Shown here piece by piece: positions 12,586-22,689 of a stretch of 32,000 bases of DNA. This stretch comes from Blochmannia endosymbiont of Camponotus modoc (lineage in GTDB: Bacteria; Pseudomonadota; Gammaproteobacteria; Enterobacterales; Enterobacteriaceae), in assembly GCF_023585785.1 (NCBI RefSeq), contig NZ_CP097765.1, positions 60,001-92,000 on the forward strand. The letters are read 5' to 3'. The notes under the pieces were generated by a model that worked only from the letters and a program-made list of their open reading frames with translations, was not told where the DNA came from and did no database searches. Position 1 is the stretch's first letter. The number at the start of each line of letters is the position of its first letter. The translations under genes were made by a program, and so were the position numbers.

Positions 12586-13233
12586 ATGGATATGCGATAT
12601 AATATTATACCAGTTACTCCTTTTCATCAAAATTGTTCAATAATTTGGTGCGAAGTAACAAATGAAGCAGTTTTAGTAGATCCTGGAGGAGAAGGTGATA
12701 AATTACGATCAGAAATAGATAAATTAGGAGTAAAAGTAAATAAAATTTTATTAACTCACGGTCACTTTGATCATGTTGGTAGCGCTATGGAGTTACGACA
12801 ATATTATAAAATACCAATAATAGGTCCAAATAAAGCTGATCAATCGTTGTTAGATGATTTATCTGTTCAGTGCAGAACATTAGATATAGATTTTCCTAAC
12901 AGTAGTACTACTGCAGTTATTCCAGATGTTTGGTTAGAAGATGGCGATACAGTACAAGTGGGCCGCGAAGTTTTTAACATATTACATTGTCCAGGGCATT
13001 CTCCGGGACACATAGTGTATTGGAATAAAATACGAAAATTTATAGTGATGGGAGATGTATTATTTAAAAAAAGTATTGGTCGCACGGATTTGCCTGGAGG
13101 GAATACTGCAGTTTTGATTAATTCTATTAAGACTAAATTGTTTCCATTGGGAGATGATATTCTTTTTTTACCGGGACACGGCAGCAGCTCTACTTTGGGT
13201 TACGAGCGTTTAAATAATATTTACGTAACATAA
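12586..13233 (+). CDS. ycbL: metallo-beta-lactamase-fold hydrolase, YcbL/GloC-like (probable type II glyoxalase)
   Basis: 215-aa ORF; IIPVTPFHQNCSIIWC, LTHGHFDHVG, HCPGHSPGH, GDVLFKKSIGRTD, LPGHGSSSTLGYERL. The ATG at 12592 is an equally plausible start. Confidence 0.9.
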   Translation: MDMRYNIIPVTPFHQNCSIIWCEVTNEAVLVDPGGEGDKLRSEIDKLGVKVNKILLTHGHFDHVGSAMELRQYYKIPIIGPNKADQSLLDDLSVQCRTLDIDFPNSSTTAVIPDVWLEDGDTVQVGREVFNILHCPGHSPGHIVYWNKIRKFIVMGDVLFKKSIGRTDLPGGNTAVLINSIKTKLFPLGDDILFLPGHGSSSTLGYERLNNIYVT

Positions 13234-13338
13234 CATACTATATCATAGTAAAATTTTATGATGCTCTTCTTCAATGAGAGAAAATCTGTAAATTTAAGGG
13301 CTGAGGTCTGTGTGTCGCTTTATTGTTTATGTTTTATA

Positions 13339-13386
13339 AACGTTTAATTGCATTTATTTTAATTAAAATAAATGCAATTAAACGTT
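13339..13386. repeat. 48-bp perfect palindrome in the ycbL/aspC convergent intergenic region (possible bidirectional terminator)
   Basis: aacgtttaattgcatttatttt-aatt-aaaataaatgcaattaaacgtt; two 22-nt arms that are exact reverse complements around a self-complementary AATT. Confidence 0.9.
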
Positions 13387-13390
13387 CGTC

Positions 13391-13414
13391 AACCATCTTA
13401 CCATCAAGATGGTT
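13391..13414. repeat. second short hairpin overlapping the aspC stop codon
   Basis: aaccatctt-accatc-aagatggtt; 9-bp perfect arms and a 6-nt loop, directly next to the 48-bp palindrome. Confidence 0.7.
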
Positions 13415-14618
13415 GCGTTGTTGTTTGTAAAGTTTTAATTATAGAGTTACTGACATAAGTGATGTTGTCATCTGATAACCCAGATAAATTAATTCTACCC
13501 GCTCCTACTAGGTAAATGCCAAACTGATTTCTTAATCTCATCACTTGATTTTCATTTAAACCTATAAAAGAAAACATACCACATTGTCGTTCAATAAAAC
13601 TGAAATCTCTATTTTTGTCATTAGTTTGTAAAGTGTTTGCAAATAATTTTCTCATATGATTGATGCTTTCTCGCATGTTTTTGAGTTCTTTTTCCCATGT
13701 AGATCGTAAAGTTTTGTTATTTAAAATCAAAGATACAACAGATGCTCCATGAGCTGGTGGATTGGAATAATTACCGCGAATAATAACACGTAATTGACTT
13801 AATGCGTGTTCAGCATCTTCATTATTATTAGTGATTACAGTGCATGCTCCTATTCGTTCATTATATAACCCGAAGTTTTTTGAATAAGAATTACATACTA
13901 TCAATTCTGAATTTTTTTTACAGAAAATATATAAACCTTCAAGATCTTCTTGTAAACCACGAGAAAATCCTTGATAAGCTAGATCAAACAAAGGTAGCCA
14001 TTGTTTTTTTGCTGACAATTCCGATAGCATACCCCATTGTTCAGCATTAGGATCAATGCCTGTAGGATTATGGCAGCAACAATGGAATAATACGACATCA
14101 TTAGGCTTAACGTCTTTCAAACTTGAATATAATTCATTAAAACTTAGTGAACGAGTTACATTATTATAATAAGGATAAGTATACACTTTTAATCCTGCAG
14201 CAAGGAAAATATTTCTATGATTGATCCAAGTAGGAGAACTAATCCATATGCGTTTAGAATTAGTATTTTTTACTATAAATTCAGCTGCAATACGTAACGC
14301 ACCAGTCCCTCCAGGAGTTTGAACAGTTCTCATGCGTTTTTTTGAAATAATAGAATTATCATCTGTTCCAAATAATAAATATTGAGTCGCAGTATTAAAG
14401 GAATGTAAACCTTCTATGCTAAGATAATTTTTACTGATTTCGTGTTTTAGTAACCATTCTTCAGCTTTCTTGACGCTAGTTAAAACGGGAGTATTTTTCA
14501 GTTTATCGATATATACGCCTATTCCTAGATTAATTTTATTTTTTCGTTCATCAGCATCATAAATTTCTGATAAACCAAGAATTGGATCATCAGGTGCCAT
14601 TTTAATAGATTTAAACAT
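13404..14618 (-). CDS. aspC: aspartate aminotransferase
   Basis: ORF 13404..14627, likely start at ATG 14618 (MFKSIKMAPDDPILGL). Contains KINLGIGVY, QTPGGTGALR, HNPTGIDP and the PLP lysine motif SYSKNFGLYNERIG. Confidence 0.95.
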   Translation of the reverse strand: MFKSIKMAPDDPILGLSEIYDADERKNKINLGIGVYIDKLKNTPVLTSVKKAEEWLLKHEISKNYLSIEGLHSFNTATQYLLFGTDDNSIISKKRMRTVQTPGGTGALRIAAEFIVKNTNSKRIWISSPTWINHRNIFLAAGLKVYTYPYYNNVTRSLSFNELYSSLKDVKPNDVVLFHCCCHNPTGIDPNAEQWGMLSELSAKKQWLPLFDLAYQGFSRGLQEDLEGLYIFCKKNSELIVCNSYSKNFGLYNERIGACTVITNNNEDAEHALSQLRVIIRGNYSNPPAHGASVVSLILNNKTLRSTWEKELKNMRESINHMRKLFANTLQTNDKNRDFSFIERQCGMFSFIGLNENQVMRLRNQFGIYLVGAGRINLSGLSDDNITYVSNSIIKTLQTTTQPS

Positions 14619-14832
14619 AACATGCATCCGTATTTATTATAATATGCAGGATATTTTATTTATATCAAAAACTATCATGTTTTTCCAATTATTTATGTTG
14701 AAATTTTCAATTTTAATAATATAAGAATATAAATATATAATCATGCATATATATATAATGTATACATATGGATTATTTTTAAGCATTATAATTAGATTTA
14801 TTTTATTTATGTATTCATGCTTATGGATTTTT

Positions 14833-16242
14833 TCAAAAATTAATGTTTTTTGAGGTTCTGGGAAACGGAATGACATCTCTAATATTTTTTATTCCTGTTA
14901 CATATATCATTAATCTTTCAAAACCTAACCCGAACCCTGAATGAGGCACTGTTCCGTAGCGTCGTAGATCACGATACCACCAATAATTTTCTTGTGTTAA
15001 ACAGTTTTCTTGTAATCTTTGATCTAATTTTGATAATCTTTCTTCTCGCTGTGAACCTCCAATTATTTCACCAATTCCTGGAACTAAAATATCCATAGAT
15101 GCTACAGTTTTATTATCATCGTTTAAACGCATGTAGAAGGCTTTGATGTTTTTTGGAGAGTTTTTTATTATTACTGGGGATTTAAAATATTCTTCCGACA
15201 GATATTTTTCATGTTCAGAGAATAAATCTGTTCCCCAGTGAATCGGATTATTAAATTTTCTGTTGCATATTTCTAATAATTTTATTGCTTCAGTATATTC
15301 TATATGATTGAATTTAATATCAGAGAAATTTTCCAGGATAGTAATAATATTTTTGTTTATTTTATCAACTAAGTATTTTATATCGTCAGAACGTTTTTCA
15401 AGGAGTATTCTGATGATGTTTTTAAGTAAAGATTCTGCTAAAATAATAATGTCATCTAAGGTCATAAATGCCGCTTCTGGTTCTATCATCCAAAATTCAG
15501 CTAAATGTCGATTAGTATTGGAATATTCTGCTCTAAAAGTTGGACCAAAAGTATATACTTTTGATAGCGCACAAGCATAAGCTTCTGCATTTAATTGACC
15601 TGATACTGTTAAAAAAGCTTTTTTACTAAAAAAGTCATAGGTGTCGTGAGTATGATGTAATTTTTCGTTTGGATTGCTTAAAATTTGTTGAGTTTCTGAA
15701 GTAGATACGCAGAACATTTTACTGCTTCCTTCAGTGTCACATGCGGTAATTATAGGAGTAGGAATCCAGATAAATCCTTGTTTATGCAAAAAGTTATGAA
15801 TAGCTTGTGATAACGTGTCTCTGATACGAGCAACAGCACCAATTGTATTAGTACGTGGTCTCAGATGAGAAACTTCACGTAAATATTCCATAGTATGTTT
15901 TTTAGCAGTTATTGGGTAAGTACTAGGATCTTCTATCCATCCTAATATTTTAATGTTTTTTGCAATTACTTCAACATGTTGTTTTATACCAATAGATTTA
16001 ACTATTATTCCTACAATTATAACTGAGCAACCGCTAGTTAAACGCAATATCTCATTTTTATAGTTATCTAACTGATCATACGCAATTATTTGCAACGAGT
16101 TGATACATGAACCATCATATAAATCTAGGAAGGAAATTTTAGCTTTAGAATCTCGTCGGGTTCGAATCCATCCTTGTATAGTAATTTCAGTATTTTTTGA
16201 TACATTTCCGCTCAGTATATCTACTACTGATACTATATTCAT
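14833..16242 (-). CDS. asnS: asparaginyl-tRNA synthetase
   Basis: 469-aa ORF; class II motifs ([22 protein letters not shown]-terminal [25 protein letters not shown]). Confidence 0.97.
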   Translation of the reverse strand: MNIVSVVDILSGNVSKNTEITIQGWIRTRRDSKAKISFLDLYDGSCINSLQIIAYDQLDNYKNEILRLTSGCSVIIVGIIVKSIGIKQHVEVIAKNIKILGWIEDPSTYPITAKKHTMEYLREVSHLRPRTNTIGAVARIRDTLSQAIHNFLHKQGFIWIPTPIITACDTEGSSKMFCVSTSETQQILSNPNEKLHHTHDTYDFFSKKAFLTVSGQLNAEAYACALSKVYTFGPTFRAEYSNTNRHLAEFWMIEPEAAFMTLDDIIILAESLLKNIIRILLEKRSDDIKYLVDKINKNIITILENFSDIKFNHIEYTEAIKLLEICNRKFNNPIHWGTDLFSEHEKYLSEEYFKSPVIIKNSPKNIKAFYMRLNDDNKTVASMDILVPGIGEIIGGSQREERLSKLDQRLQENCLTQENYWWYRDLRRYGTVPHSGFGLGFERLMIYVTGIKNIRDVIPFPRTSKNINF

Positions 16243-16587
16243 AGTATAGTCTCCTGATTTTTAGATTAATAATATTTTAATTTTTAGTTATATTATAAAT
16301 GTTAAACATCATATACTGATAATTGTATTTGAAATAGTATGCAGTATATATAGATCATAATTTTTTATTTCTTTGAGTACATTCTTGATCAGATATAGAT
16401 AACTGTTATAACTTAATAAATTATTAATCAGAGATATGTTTATTATTATAATAACAATGTATATTGTTAGTTGTTGTACTATATGATAGTTACGTCTTTT
16501 ATATGAAATAAGTTAAATTTTGATAGAGTTAGTTAATATAGTTACATTAATACTCAAAAATATTTTTATATTCTATATCTAAATGTT

Positions 16588-17106
16588 TTAGAATACTGTA
16601 GAATTTTTAAACAATCCAACTTTTAAATCAGTTGCGGTATAAATAATTTTCCCATCACATAATACTTCACCATCAGCCATGCCCATAATTAGCTTTCTGT
16701 TAATGATTCTTCGAAAATGAATAAAATAAGTAACTTTTTTAGATGTAGGTAAAATTTGGCCAGTAAATTTAACCTCTTTTACTCCTAAAGCGCGTCCTTT
16801 ACCTTCTCCCCCGAGCCAACCGAGGTAAAACCCTACTAATTGCCACATAGCATCCAATCCTAAACATCCCGGCATAACTGGGTCTTTTATAAAATGACAA
16901 TTAAAAAACCACATATCTGATTGAATATCTAATTCTGCTTCTATAAATCCTTTATTATAATTTCCTCCATTTTTAGTCATTTTTATTACTCGATCCATCA
17001 TCAGCATGTTAGGAGCGGGCAGTGTCGGTCCGTTTTTTCCAAATAATTCACCCCTACTGGAAGCTAATAGATCTTCTTTTGTATAGTATTCACGTTTATT
17101 AAGCAT
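16588..17106 (-). CDS. fabA: 3-hydroxydecanoyl-[acyl-carrier-protein] dehydratase/isomerase
   Basis: ORF 16588..17148; likely start ATG 17106 ([23 protein letters not shown]). Contains [27 protein letters not shown]. Confidence 0.96.
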   Translation of the reverse strand: MLNKREYYTKEDLLASSRGELFGKNGPTLPAPNMLMMDRVIKMTKNGGNYNKGFIEAELDIQSDMWFFNCHFIKDPVMPGCLGLDAMWQLVGFYLGWLGGEGKGRALGVKEVKFTGQILPTSKKVTYFIHFRRIINRKLIMGMADGEVLCDGKIIYTATDLKVGLFKNSTVF

Positions 17107-17934
17107 AGCACATCTCATCTTATGAATATATTTGCTCATTTCGTACAATATAAAATATTAAATTATTAAATGTGATTATATTCCGTATGTGTATACGTAT
17201 ATGATAAAAATATTTATTACATTATATATTTAGTGATTTTATCAAATAATTAAATTTTTTTGATAAAAAGTTTAAGTTATTGTGTTTTAATGAGATTTGA
17301 AATTATATGTTCATTTTATAAATTATTCCATTATATTTGTTTTATTCTGAAAACATTATTGTTTATTAAATATATATGAATTTATTTAAGTGTGTGTAAT
17401 TATATTTAATATGTATTACTTTAATATAATAAATGATTATTTTTGGTATTAAACATAATTTAATGGTGTGTGATTTTATAAAATACATATTTTTTGAAAA
17501 ATATATTTTTTATTAAAGATAAATAATATAGAATATTATGCTCTATTAAAAAATAGTTTTATATTAGATAAATGTGAATCTAAATTATGACAAAATATAT
17601 CAATTAGTATTTATTGTAATTAATATGTGGTAATTAAATACTTGCAGCATCAATTGATATGTTCGAGTATGTGTTTCCTTATGGGTTCTGGAGATAAAAG
17701 TTATGTTGTATATAGGTATGATTGGAAATTAATTACTACGATTAAATTATTATTTGAATTTGATATTAAATAATAGATATATTTAAAATTTAAGATATTA
17801 TTGCATTCGAAATGGTTATATTTATAAATATAACCATTTGAAAAAGTGTTTAATATAATCTTATTTTGTATAGGAAATATAATATTTTTGATAATTTTTT
17901 TGTATATACATAAAAAGTTTCTTGGATATGAAGA

Positions 17935-18252
17935 TTAATTTCTTAATCTTGGTGTTTGCAGTTGTAAACGAATAGATTCAGAAAGCTCATCTAAAGTTGT
18001 TTGTTCTGGATGTGTTAGTATGTTCTCATACCCGAGTTGTACTTCTGCTAAGTAAGTATGCATGGGTTTTCCTTCTTCATCTTCCATAACAACATGATAC
18101 CAGGGAGATTTTCGTAGGGTGTCATTTTTTGTAATTTCATCTAATGTAGGTTTTTCAAGAGAATACTCTGGATCTATATCTATTATTACTCCTAAATATC
18201 CTAATAACTTATGTCGTACTTGTTGTCCTATTCCAAATTTGCTAGCGATCAT
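17935..18252 (-). CDS. hspQ: heat shock protein HspQ
   Basis: 105-aa ORF; [32 protein letters not shown]...[10 protein letters not shown]...HTYLAEVQL...LQTPRLRN, near-identical in layout to enteric HspQ. Confidence 0.96.
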   Translation of the reverse strand: MIASKFGIGQQVRHKLLGYLGVIIDIDPEYSLEKPTLDEITKNDTLRKSPWYHVVMEDEEGKPMHTYLAEVQLGYENILTHPEQTTLDELSESIRLQLQTPRLRN

Positions 18253-18460
18253 AATCCCCCCCTATTAAATATTATCTACTGGAAATAATAGAATAGATAT
18301 GGGATAAGATAATAAAATCAAGGGTAAATTATTATTAAGTAGATTTAATATAAATAAATAATCTATTTTTAATGTTAAATAAATTTAATAGCCTTCTATT
18401 TTAATGTTAAAAATATTTAATAAAACAATTTATTTAAAATTTAAAATTGCGCTTATTGCA

Positions 18461-18790
18461 TTATAAACATTTAATGGGTTTAGGAAGGCCAGAAATTTTT
18501 GCAATTTTTTGAGCTGCAGATCCTTTTGGAAATAAACGAGCAAGGTATTGACTATTTCCTTTTTCTTTACCATGTTTAAGCGCTATAGCGTTGATTAATA
18601 TTCTAATTTTTGGTAGCGCATTAAATTCCATATAAAATTTTCGTACAAAATATATAATTTCCCAATGTATTGTATCCAATGTAATGCCCTCTAATTTAGC
18701 AATATTAATTGCAATTTCTTCATTCCAATCTTCAAGGTGAATTAAATATCCTTGTGTGTCAACATTAGCATTAATTTGATTATACTTCAT
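18461..18790 (-). CDS. tusE: sulfurtransferase TusE (sulfur relay to tRNA 2-thiouridylation)
   Basis: 109-aa ORF; DTQGYLI, HWEIIYFVRKFYMEFNALPKIRILI, GNSQYLARLFPKG, C-terminal LPKPIKCL with the terminal Cys conserved. Confidence 0.93.
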   Translation of the reverse strand: MKYNQINANVDTQGYLIHLEDWNEEIAINIAKLEGITLDTIHWEIIYFVRKFYMEFNALPKIRILINAIALKHGKEKGNSQYLARLFPKGSAAQKIAKISGLPKPIKCL

Positions 18791-19123
18791 AGGGTTATTC
18801 CTTAATTACTTAATAAATTTATTATTATTTAATAATAATATGTGGAGACTAAAATAGTGTTTAAAGTTAGATATAATCAAAATTGTATTAATTATGAGTA
18901 TGTATATTCATAATAGTATAATATCTACTTGATATAGAATTAATAATAATGTCGTTAAATATGGTCTTTTTTGTTTATAGGAATTATTTTTTATGATTTA
19001 GTATTGATTTCAGTATTAAATTAATAATTTAAACCATTTAAGTTTTTGCTATACGTAGAAGTATAATGTATTTATTGTACTTATCAAAAAATGATAATAT
19101 AATTATATTGTTTCAAATCTTAT

Positions 19124-19210
19124 GGAGGAGTGGCCGAGTGGTTTAAGGCGCCGGTCTTGAAAATCGGTAATGCAAAGAAGCATTCTAGAGTTCGAATCTC
19201 TACTCCTCCG
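19124..19210 (+). tRNA. serT: tRNA-Ser (anticodon UGA)
   Basis: Acceptor GGAGGAG/CTCCTCC, anticodon stem CCGGT-CTTGAAA-ATCGG, long variable arm AATGC..GCATT, T-arm TAGAG-TTCGAAT-CTCTA, discriminator G. No encoded CCA. Confidence 0.96.
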
Positions 19211-19505
19211 GAGATTTGAAGTATAATGATTATTCTTTGTACTAATGAAATGTGATAAAATCGATATTTTTTATTATTTTTTAAAAATTGTATAAGCAAA
19301 TATACTTCTTAAAAACTAGTTATTTTGATAATTAATGTGTGGTTTTTCATTTATACTATTTTAAGAGCATGTATTCAGAAGTGATTATTAAAGTTTTTGC
19401 TCTAATATTTCAGTTATTTCGTAGATATATATTTATATTAAAAATTTTAAAAGGTTTTTTCTAACTTACTAAAAATGTTAGCAGATATTGCAGTGTCTCA
19501 TTGAT

Positions 19506-19579
19506 TGGGTCGTGTAGGATTTGAACCTACAACCAATTGATTAAGAGTCAACTGCTCTGCCACATTGAGCTAACGACCC
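19506..19579 (-). tRNA. tRNA-Lys-like (anticodon CUU)
   Basis: GGGTCGT-TA-GCTC-AATGTGGCA-GAGC-A-GTTGA-CTCTTAA-TCAAT-TGGTT-GTAGG-TTCAAAT-CCTAC-ACGACCC-A. The body matches enteric tRNA-Lys, but the anticodon loop reads CTCTTAA rather than CTTTTAA. No encoded CCA. Confidence 0.9.
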
Positions 19580-20071
19580 AATTATATTTTCATATATATG
19601 AAACTATGTTAGTAACTAAATTGAATTTTGATTATTTATTCTTTATATATTACTATGTGATATTATTATGTGTAATTGGTTACTTAATGGGCCAAAGACA
19701 ACTTAATTAATTATAGCAACTTATAGACATTGTATCCACAGCAATAGAATACTTTGGTCTTAGTATTCTATTATATCACATAATAATAGAGAAAATTGAT
19801 GATTATATGTTTTATAAATATTTTATGACGTAAGGTTGCAACGATGTAGTTTATTAAATAAATGGATACTATATTTCGATTTTATGTTATAAGAATATTG
19901 GTTATAGGTTAAATGAGTAGTGGTTTATCTAATTGAGAATTTTGATTATATTGATAGAGAATAATGTTATTATGTAAGATTCCTTATAAATATAAAGGAT
20001 GAAGTATGTATTTGTAAAGTTGTAGTATTTTCAAGAACTAATATTCTAATTTTGTTGGATTAATTGTTTTT

Positions 20072-20629
20072 GTGATTATGGATTTTATTAATATACCGAC
20101 ATATCTTACTTTATTGCGTGTTATCATGGTACCGTTTTTTACGGTAATGTTTTATTTGCCTGTAAGGTGGGCGCCGATGATATGTACCATTACGTTTTTT
20201 GTTGCGGCTGTTACAGATTGGTTTGATGGATTTTTGGCTCGTCGTTGGAAACAAACTACTAGATTTGGTAAATTTTTAGATCCAGTAGCAGATAAAGTTA
20301 TGATAGTTGCAGCACTTGTTTTAATAGCTGAACATTTTCATGCGTGGTGGGTCACATTACCAGCGTCTATTATAATTATTCGTGAAATGATTATATTAGC
20401 ATTACGTGAATGGGTAGCTGCAATTGGTAGTCGTAAAGGAATTGGAGTTTTATGGATTAGCAAAATTAAAACATTTGTACAAATGTTGGCTTTAACTGCA
20501 TTACTATGGAGCTCTGCTGAATGGATAGTAATTATAGGTATTGTTGCGTTATATGTCTCAGTGTTATTGACATTTTGGTCTATGTGCCAATATTTATATA
20601 TTGTGCGTTATGATTTGTTTCATTATTGA
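20072..20629 (+). CDS. pgsA: CDP-diacylglycerol-glycerol-3-phosphate 3-phosphatidyltransferase
   Basis: 185-aa ORF; [17 protein letters not shown] and the CDP-alcohol phosphotransferase motif [27 protein letters not shown]. Synteny with downstream tRNA-Cys and tRNA-Leu. The true start may be the second ATG (20078). Confidence 0.95.
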   Translation: MIMDFINIPTYLTLLRVIMVPFFTVMFYLPVRWAPMICTITFFVAAVTDWFDGFLARRWKQTTRFGKFLDPVADKVMIVAALVLIAEHFHAWWVTLPASIIIIREMIILALREWVAAIGSRKGIGVLWISKIKTFVQMLALTALLWSSAEWIVIIGIVALYVSVLLTFWSMCQYLYIVRYDLFHY

Positions 20630-20951
20630 TTTCTATTTATATAGATTATAATTTTAAGGTGAAAATGTAATTGTATTTATTTGCAAAATTGATTAGCATT
20701 GACATGCTATCTATATTGTTTGGATATAGGGTTATTTATATAAACTTACATTATATTCAAACATTAAATATGTATATTACTTATACAGAAAACGTACACT
20801 TATTTAAAGATAAAAATATAATTTGAATTTAATCGCTGATGCCAATACGATAAAATCATGTTAGTGTTTGATTTATATCACGTAAGAACTGTATCCTTTT
20901 TAAATAGCAGGGTAGTCTAAGATTGCTGTAGATCTACTATTGTTCAGTTAA

Positions 20952-20977
20952 TCAGTAACAATTCAAATTGTTACTGA
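20952..20977. repeat. perfect hairpin between pgsA and tRNA-Cys
   Basis: tcagtaacaat-tcaa-attgttactga; 11-bp perfect stem with a 4-nt loop. Confidence 0.75.
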
Positions 20978-21058
20978 AGAATCTATGATTAAGATGTGGT
21001 TATGTTGATAGGGTTATGTACTTACTTCATTGTATATTTAGATTAACATTGTTTGTAA

Positions 21059-21129
21059 GGCGCGTTGGCAGAGTGGTCATGCATCGGATTGCAAATCCGT
21101 ATATCTCGGTTCAATTCCGAGACGCGTCT
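21059..21129 (+). tRNA. cysT: tRNA-Cys (anticodon GCA)
   Basis: Acceptor GGCGCGT/ACGCGTC (one G-U), anticodon loop TTGCAAA, T-arm CTCGG-TTCAATT-CCGAG, discriminator U as expected for tRNA-Cys. No encoded CCA. Confidence 0.96.
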
Positions 21130-21143
21130 TTTTATTTTGAACA

Positions 21144-21226
21144 GCCCGGGTGGTGGAATTGGTAGACACAAGGGACTTAAAATCCCTCGGCTTTGACTGT
21201 ACGAGTTCAAATCTCGTCCCGGGTAG
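21144..21226 (+). tRNA. leuZ: tRNA-Leu (anticodon UAA)
   Basis: Acceptor GCCCGGG/CCCGGGT, anticodon loop CTTAAAA, T-arm ACGAG-TTCAAAT-CTCGT, discriminator A. No encoded CCA. Confidence 0.96.
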
Positions 21227-21367
21227 TTTGTTATAATGCTATGTGTGATAAAAATTTTTTAAATATTAAAAATGGTTTTTGTTTAAAAATAAATTGATTC
21301 GATAATTACTAGTATGTGTTTAAAGTGCAATGTCATTATGTTTAATATAGATGGTTATATATAATAG

Positions 21368-22316
21368 TTATTTGTTTTTATTGTTGGTAAATTTACGTGT
21401 AATGTTTATTGGTATACCGGAACGATCTTTTAATGCTTTGTTAATTATTTCATAATCTACGTTGGAATCGTTTATTAATATAGATCGTATTTGTTGTTCT
21501 AAATGTGCTATTATCGATGCTTCTGATCGTTTTTTGTCTTTGTTACAAGACAACGGATTGTGAATTTCTAAATACCGCATACCATTTTTTTCAACAGTAC
21601 TTTTCACAGGTTCATTTATAAATTGCACTTTAGTACCGACGGGGACAATGTTAAATAAGTATTCAATATCTTCAGGACGTAATCTTATGCAACCCCGAGT
21701 TATTCTAAGGCCAATTCCAAAATTGCTATTGGTGCCGTGGATTGCGTAATTTTTTTCTAAGTATAAAGCATATAGCCCCATAGGGTTATTAGATCCAGCC
21801 GGAAATATGGCAGGTAGGATTTCTCCATGTTTAATATATTCATCACGCATATTTTTGGTAGGGATCCAAATTGGATTTTTTTTTATGTGTTATTGAGGTT
21901 ATCCAATATGATGGTGTTGCATTTTTAATGGTCCCGATAGCTATCGGTAACACAATTACGGTATTTTTTTTTTCAGGATAATAGTATAATCGCATTTCAG
22001 CGTTGTTAATAACAATTCCCGAACGAGGCGTATTTGGTAAAATTAATTGATGTGGAATTATTAATCTTTTTTCTGAATCTGGAAGATATACATCGACGTC
22101 GGGATTAGCTTCTAACATATTGCTCATTCCTACTTGAAATTGTGCAGAAAAATACTCAAGAGAATATGTATTGTTTTTAGGTGTGACAATTTCAATATTT
22201 TCGCCTATTAGTCTGTTATTGTTATCAGGTAATGTATAAACAGTAGCAGAAGCTAAATACTGATGTAAACTAGCAACAAAAAATATTATATTATAAAAAT
22301 ATATTTTTGTATTCAT
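21368..22316 (-). pseudogene. L,D-transpeptidase (ErfK/YbiS/YcfS/YnhG family), frameshifted at a 9-nt homopolymer; may still be expressed by slippage
   Basis: Two overlapping ORFs, 21843..22316 (signal peptide, SNMLEANPDVDVYLP, IVINNAEMRLYYYP) and 21368..21850 (NPMGLYALYL, YAIHGTNSNFGIGLRITRGCIRLR), form one protein if the frame shifts at T9 21876..21884. Confidence 0.9.
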
Positions 22317-22689
22317 CTTTGTTTATTTTGTTTAAAAATATATGTTTTGTTATTTTTATATATGATTAATAGTATTGTAAAAATTATTTTAAAATTTTTA
22401 GGAACGTTTAATTATAATTTATAATCCATCAATGTAATCTCTCATTATATCAAAAAATTGTATAAAATTGCAGTGGTATATAATAATTTAATTTTTATTA
22501 ATTTCAAAAAGTGATTTCTTAATTAAATAGAAACATTTTGAGTATAATGTGATTTAAATAATATTTAATTATGAAATGAAATGGATAAATTATGCATATT
22601 TTTCGTATCTGCATACGTATCAATAATAATTTATATAATGTGAGTAATTTTATCGGACTGCAATAAGTTGTTTGATTTTGTTTGTTTAA

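Noticed and set aside
14637-14876. 79-aa minus-strand ORF next to asnS.
   Set aside because: Overlaps the asnS 3' end in another frame and is composed of Ile/Tyr/Asn runs typical of random AT-rich ORFs.
19685-19770. Possible extra tRNA remnant with ccaaag...ctttgg complementarity.
   Set aside because: Only 6-bp arms, no T-loop consensus and no cloverleaf could be built.
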